A stretch of 63,873 bases of DNA, counting the filler, from Aduncisulcus paluster (Eukaryota), in NCBI GenBank assembly GCA_024181965.1. It is 41 parts of 41 records of this genome, joined end to end, with 100 filler letters (N's around TTAATTAATTAA, not from the genome) between each part and the next. Parts side by side here need not be neighbours in the genome. Positions count along the whole stretch, not along the records: positions 57,184 to 58,809 come from BQXS01009599.1; positions 58,910 to 60,171 come from BQXS01009601.1; positions 60,272 to 61,367 come from BQXS01009613.1; positions 61,468 to 62,637 come from BQXS01009617.1; positions 62,738 to 63,873 come from BQXS01009622.1; 36 more parts are not named here. The stretch is one strand, 5' to 3'. Below, in pieces: positions 58,458 to 63,873 of this stretch. A model generated the notes under the pieces. It was not told where the DNA came from, ran no database searches, and was given only the letters and a program-made list of their open reading frames with translations. Position numbers and translations under genes: made by a program. Each line of letters begins with the position of its first letter. Within the stretch, counting starts at the first letter, position 1.

Positions 58458-58809
58458 TTAGTTAAAAGAAGAAAAGCGATAGGCTTTAGCTTTTCCATTT
58501 ACAATCACTCCTAAAACTCTTTCTTTAGGATGTAGTCTGGTATCAATAAAATTCACTGGAAAATTTATAGTTGAATTGCTTGGGTAGGTTCCATATGGGT
58601 TTCTAGTATAATCTCTGCTGTATCCAGTGTTGGTATTCATTAGTTGATGATCTTTCGAAATTTCAATCCATGTTTCATAATTGGTTTCTAGTACAAAATG
58701 GTTTTCAGAATTAGTACCTGAAAGTTCTCCTTGTACACTCTTTAACAGCATTTGAGACCAGATGGAATTGGTTTCCCTATCGTATGGCATAACATTATTA
58801 TTGTATAGC
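58458..58809 (-). CDS. DUF3179-family protein, C-terminus
   Basis: LYNNNVMPYDRETNSIWSQM..DYTRNPYG..LHPKERVLGV..KAYRF. Confidence 0.8.
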
Positions 58810-58914
58810 NNNNNNNNNNNNNNNNNNNNNNNNNNNNNNNNNNNNNNNNNNNNTTAATTAATTAANNNNNNNNNNNNNNNNNNNNNNNNNNNNNNNNNNN
58901 NNNNNNNNNCGCAC

Positions 58915-58948
58915 GGATTGCTTCGTCGCTATCGCTCCTCGCAATGAC
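58915..58948. repeat. Alphaproteobacterial REP-like palindromic intergenic repeat
   Basis: GGATTGCTTCGTCGCT..CTCGCAATGAC, resembling the common Bradyrhizobium extragenic repeat, just after the thiolase stop. Confidence 0.6.
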
Positions 58949-58961
58949 GGATGCTGTCGCT

Positions 58962-60171
<1,210 letters not shown>

Positions 60172-60317
60172 NNNNNNNNNNNNNNNNNNNNNNNNNNNNN
60201 NNNNNNNNNNNNNNNTTAATTAATTAANNNNNNNNNNNNNNNNNNNNNNNNNNNNNNNNNNNNNNNNNNNNCATCGACTAGCCAGTTGTTACCAACCAAC
60301 TGTCACTTATTTGATAA

Positions 60318-61367
60318 ATGACGAGGCATTTGGCTACCTTTCAAGAGTCATAGTTACTCCTGCCGTTGACCCGCGCTTAATTGAATCACTTCAACGTAAC
60401 GATTCAGAGCACTGGGCAGAATTCACCTTCAGTCAACACCTGTTATGGCCATCTGAAGGCTATGTTTCTACTAGACAGTCGGGTTCTCCTTAGTCCGTTC
60501 CAGTTCTGACTTGACAGCTTCGATAGAGAGTAAGGCCCCCAATACTCGATTAAAAAACCAAGTACAAAAGAGCTCCCACAATGGTGGCAAGTTAAATGCT
60601 CGCTAACTGGACACAATAAGGGGGCTCAGCCAAACCCGAAGGTACAGCTGCTCCAACCACAAACTACGTCAACAATTAACAACACGAATCCGAAAATACA
60701 AGTATCAACATCAACGTGCCAGCGTATAGCACCGAAGCACTATGCACTAGACATAAAACACCCCAAAGGGTCCCTGCTATCCTGTCGCCAGAGCCACTCC
60801 TTATCCCGAGGTTACGGAGCAATTTTGCCGACTTCCCTCACATGCTTTTCTTGCTTGACCAGAGGCTGTTCACCTTGGAGACCGGCTGCGGTTGTGGGTA
60901 CGGATGAGAATCAATCCTGCGTCTCGCCCCGTGACTTTTCAAGGCTCGTTTCGTACACTTCAGACAACGCCTAAAAACTCTACATAAGATCCAAGAAGCC
61001 CCCGAAGGAACAAACGAAAATCAAACATAGAAAGCGGCGTGCTCTCCCTAAAAGTCGACGGTCCCTCTCTCTGGATAATCCAACTCCAGGGACCTTTGAC
61101 AGTGAATGAGATGAGAATAAGGGCAGACGAAGCCGAAACTTCATCAAACCCAGATTGCCCTTTGAATTAATCGCCGAGCAAAAAAACTCCCACTGAGGTA
61201 CGACCCGAGGTCGTCACGTGCGTTTGCGTTACCGCCTGTTAAAGACGATTCTCACTACAGGACTATAAACCTGTTTCCCTTTCGATACGTGTATCAAAAA
61301 AAGATGTAAAATTATTTTATCCTTCATTACGACACACACCTGCAAAGAGCGTTTGCTTGTCTCTTAG
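60318..61367 (-). rRNA. Eukaryotic LSU rRNA fragment, copy 2 (intron start at 60272-60317)
   Basis: Reverse complement of copy 1, extending further 5' (CGAAAGGGAAACAGGTT). Confidence 0.97.
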
Positions 61368-61467
61368 NNNNNNNNNNNNNNNNNNNNNNNNNNNNNNNNN
61401 NNNNNNNNNNNTTAATTAATTAANNNNNNNNNNNNNNNNNNNNNNNNNNNNNNNNNNNNNNNNNNNN

Positions 61468-62637
61468 GTTTGATTTTCGTTTGTTCCTTCGGGGGCTTCT
61501 TGGATCTTATGTAGAGTTTTTAGGCGTTGTCTGAAGTGTACGAAACGAGCCTTGAAAAGTCACGGGGCGAGACGCAGGATTGATTCTCATCCGTACCCAC
61601 AACCGCAGCCGGTCTCCAAGGTGAACAGCCTCTGGTCAAGCAAGAAAAAGCATGTGAGGGAAGTCGGCAAAATTGCTCCGTAACCTCGGGATAAGGAGTG
61701 GCTCTGGCGACAGGATAGCAGGGACCCTTTGGGGTGTTTTATGTCTAGTGCATAGTGCTTCGGTGCTATACGCTGGCACGTTGATGTTGATACTTGTATT
61801 TTCGGATTCGTGTTGTTAATTGTTGACGTAGTTTGTGGTTGGAGCAGCTGTACCTTCGGGTTTGGCTGAGCCCCCTTATTGTGTCCAGTTAGCGAGCATT
61901 TAACTTGCCACCATTGTGGGAGCTCTTTTGTACTTGGTTTTTTAATCGAGTATTGGGGGCCTTACTCTCTATCGAAGCTGTCAAGTCAGAACTGGAACGG
62001 ACTAAGGAGAACCCGACTGTCTAGTAGAAACATAGCCTTCAGATGGCCATAACAGGTGTTGACTGAAGGTGAATTCTGCCCAGTGCTCTGAATCGTTACG
62101 TTGAAGTGATTCAATTAAGCGCGGGTCAACGGCAGGAGTAACTATGACTCTTGAAAGGTAGCCAAATGCCTCGTCATTTATCAAATAAGTGACAGTTGGT
62201 TGGTAACAACTGGCTAGTCGATGATTGTATATGTATGGATATAATTATCTGGCGACACTGTCAAATTGCGGGGAAGCCCTTAGAGCTCTACGTACCGCCT
62301 ATAACTGGAAACAGAGTATGAGTGGGAATAGTAATACTATGAAATCTCATCATATAGGCAGGTGGTATAATGGCCACTGTATGGTAATAATCGTAGAGAT
62401 TGGGTAATCCGCAGCCAAGGCCTAAGGATTCTATTGTATAGTATCTATGGTTGCAGTCCACAGACTAAATGGCAGTGGAGTGGGAAAGTAGCAATACTTT
62501 CTTGCTTTAAGATATAGTCGAACCCCCATGGAGACATGGTCCACCCTTAAGCAAGGTGGAGACATATTTATATGTTGGTATTAGTGTTAATTTGTGACGC
62601 GCATGAATGGAACAACGAGGTTCTCACTGTCCCCACA
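61468..62637 (+). rRNA. Eukaryotic LSU rRNA fragment, copy 3, interrupted by a group I intron
   Basis: Exons join as CCTCGTCAT|TTAATTTGTGACGCGCATGAATGG. Confidence 0.97.
62178..62586 (+). ncRNA. Complete 409-nt group I intron, subgroup IC1, at LSU position 1949 (E. coli numbering)
   Basis: P1 GTCAT/GTGAC with U.G pair. P AAATTGCGGGGAA, Q AATCCGCAGC, R GTCCACAGACTA, S AAGATATAGTC. P3 CACTGTCA/TGGCAGTG. GNRA-capped P8 and P9. Terminal G. Confidence 0.95.
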
Positions 62638-62737
62638 NNNNNNNNNNNNNNNNNNNNNNNNNNNNNNNNNNNNNNNNNNNNTTAATTAATTAANNNNNNN
62701 NNNNNNNNNNNNNNNNNNNNNNNNNNNNNNNNNNNNN

Positions 62738-63873
62738 GACAGAAGAGGTTTAACAGATGAACAGACAGAAGGAATCGACAGAGAACAGAGAATCAGAGCA
62801 GAAAACAGACGTGCTAATGGAAAAGCATGGGAAACAGTGACTGAAACCAGAGCGAAGGACAGAGCGGACAGAATTCGACAGAACAGACTCGCAGATGGAC
62901 AGGACCTAAAAGAATTTACTGTGGAGAGGAAATCTGATACATATTCTTTTGAGGGAGAGGAATTTGAATGTGCCAGGATGACTCCGAACGAACTTCAGGA
63001 AATTTTCGGTTATAAAGAGATAGAAACGCTATTGAAGACCATGGGACCAGAAGTTGCTGCGCAGGTAAATAAGGTTGCTGAAATTTTGGGAGGCTTGTGT
63101 GTTGAAGATGTACATTTGTTTAAAGACTCCATTGCAGGAGTAAAAGAGATTAAATATTACGTGAAGTTCATAATAGCAATGCTAAAATCAGTGTCAGTGT
63201 TGTTTACTGGATTAGGGAAATCCCCCGCAGTGGTAGAACCTTTCAAAATTGTTGTGACAGATCCAACAAAGGTTATTTCCGAGAAAAAGAGAAAAGTGAG
63301 ATCAGACTGGAAAGATGAAATCAGAGACCAGTTAAATACTTTATTTAAAAAGGGTATAATCAGATACAGTAACACAGATTTTCACAGTGCTACAGTGATT
63401 GCGCCGAAAAAGAACGGAAAACTCAGATTATGTGTGGATTACAGAAAATTAAACAAGATAACAGTGGGTATGGGACAGATTCTACCTTTAATTCACGATT
63501 TATTCAGAGTAATGGAAGGAATGAAATATTTTACAGTGCTGGACTTGACTTCAGGTTATCATCAGATCCCGATGGCCGAAGACAGTATTAAATATACTTC
63601 TTTTGTGACAGAATTCGGACAGTATGAATATACAAGACTACCGTTTGGATTGAAGAATGCCCCTCCATTCTTTCAGGATACGATGAACCGTGTTTTGTCA
63701 GGATTGATCGGAACAGTGTGCTGTGTTTACTTAGACGATATTGTTGTGTTCGGCAGAACAATGGCGAGCATGCTATTGAGTTTATTTGCAGTGTTAATCA
63801 GATTAAAACAGTTCAATATGAGAGTGAATCTCGAAAAGACAGTGATCGGTGCAAAAGAAATCGAATTTCTTGG
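62738..63873 (+). mobile_element. Ty3/Gypsy reverse transcriptase (partial, open to the window end)
   Basis: PKKNGKLRLCVDYRKLN, LDLTSGYHQI, RLPFGLKNAP, VYLDDIVV. Absent from the ORF track because there is no stop. Confidence 0.97.

Noticed and set aside
62225-62407. 60-aa ORF in the intron as a homing endonuclease (also 48645-48827)
   Set aside because: Too short, overlaps the ribozyme core, and has no His-Cys box or LAGLIDADG motif.

Overview
This is not one chromosome region. It is 41 short contigs (about 1-3 kb) joined by 100-bp artificial linkers (44 N + TTAATTAATTAA + 44 N, stops in all six frames), so synteny only holds within a contig. At least five sources are mixed. (1) A divergent flagellated protist: LSU rDNA x3 with an IC1 group I intron at L1949, NADP-GDH, a CCP/AGBL tubulin deglutamylase fragment, LRR/Cys-rich and EGF-repeat surface proteins, a SET domain, many Ty3/Gypsy chromovirus fragments, a CRE-like non-LTR RT and a Tc1 DD34E transposase. 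(2) An AT-rich Campylobacterota bacterium, Arcobacter-like (recA, rpsL, rpsG, glyS, clpB, gpmI, murG, uppP, mqnA, mqo, purH). (3) A Bacteroidota bacterium. (4) Mycobacterium (eccC3-PE5, uvrC, LLM-F420, tRNA-Ile2). (5) A Bradyrhizobium-like alphaproteobacterium. Taxon calls are from recalled protein similarity and composition, not searches. The best find is a 248-bp miniature LTR element (TRIM-like) at 26095-26342. It has identical 63-bp TG...CA LTRs, a 5-bp GAAAG target duplication and a PPT, and it sits inside a Tc1 transposase. A tRNA-type Pol III A-box/B-box pair is assembled across its 5'LTR-internal junction, and a perfect palindrome replaces the tRNA primer-binding site. A gag-like contig (11269-11344) shows a similar putative 76-bp LTR followed by the same kind of palindrome, so it is a candidate autonomous partner. 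Also notable: a low-GC kinase + unknown gene pair at a mycobacterial tRNA 3' end, and a diflavin reductase overlapping a HemS-like gene.
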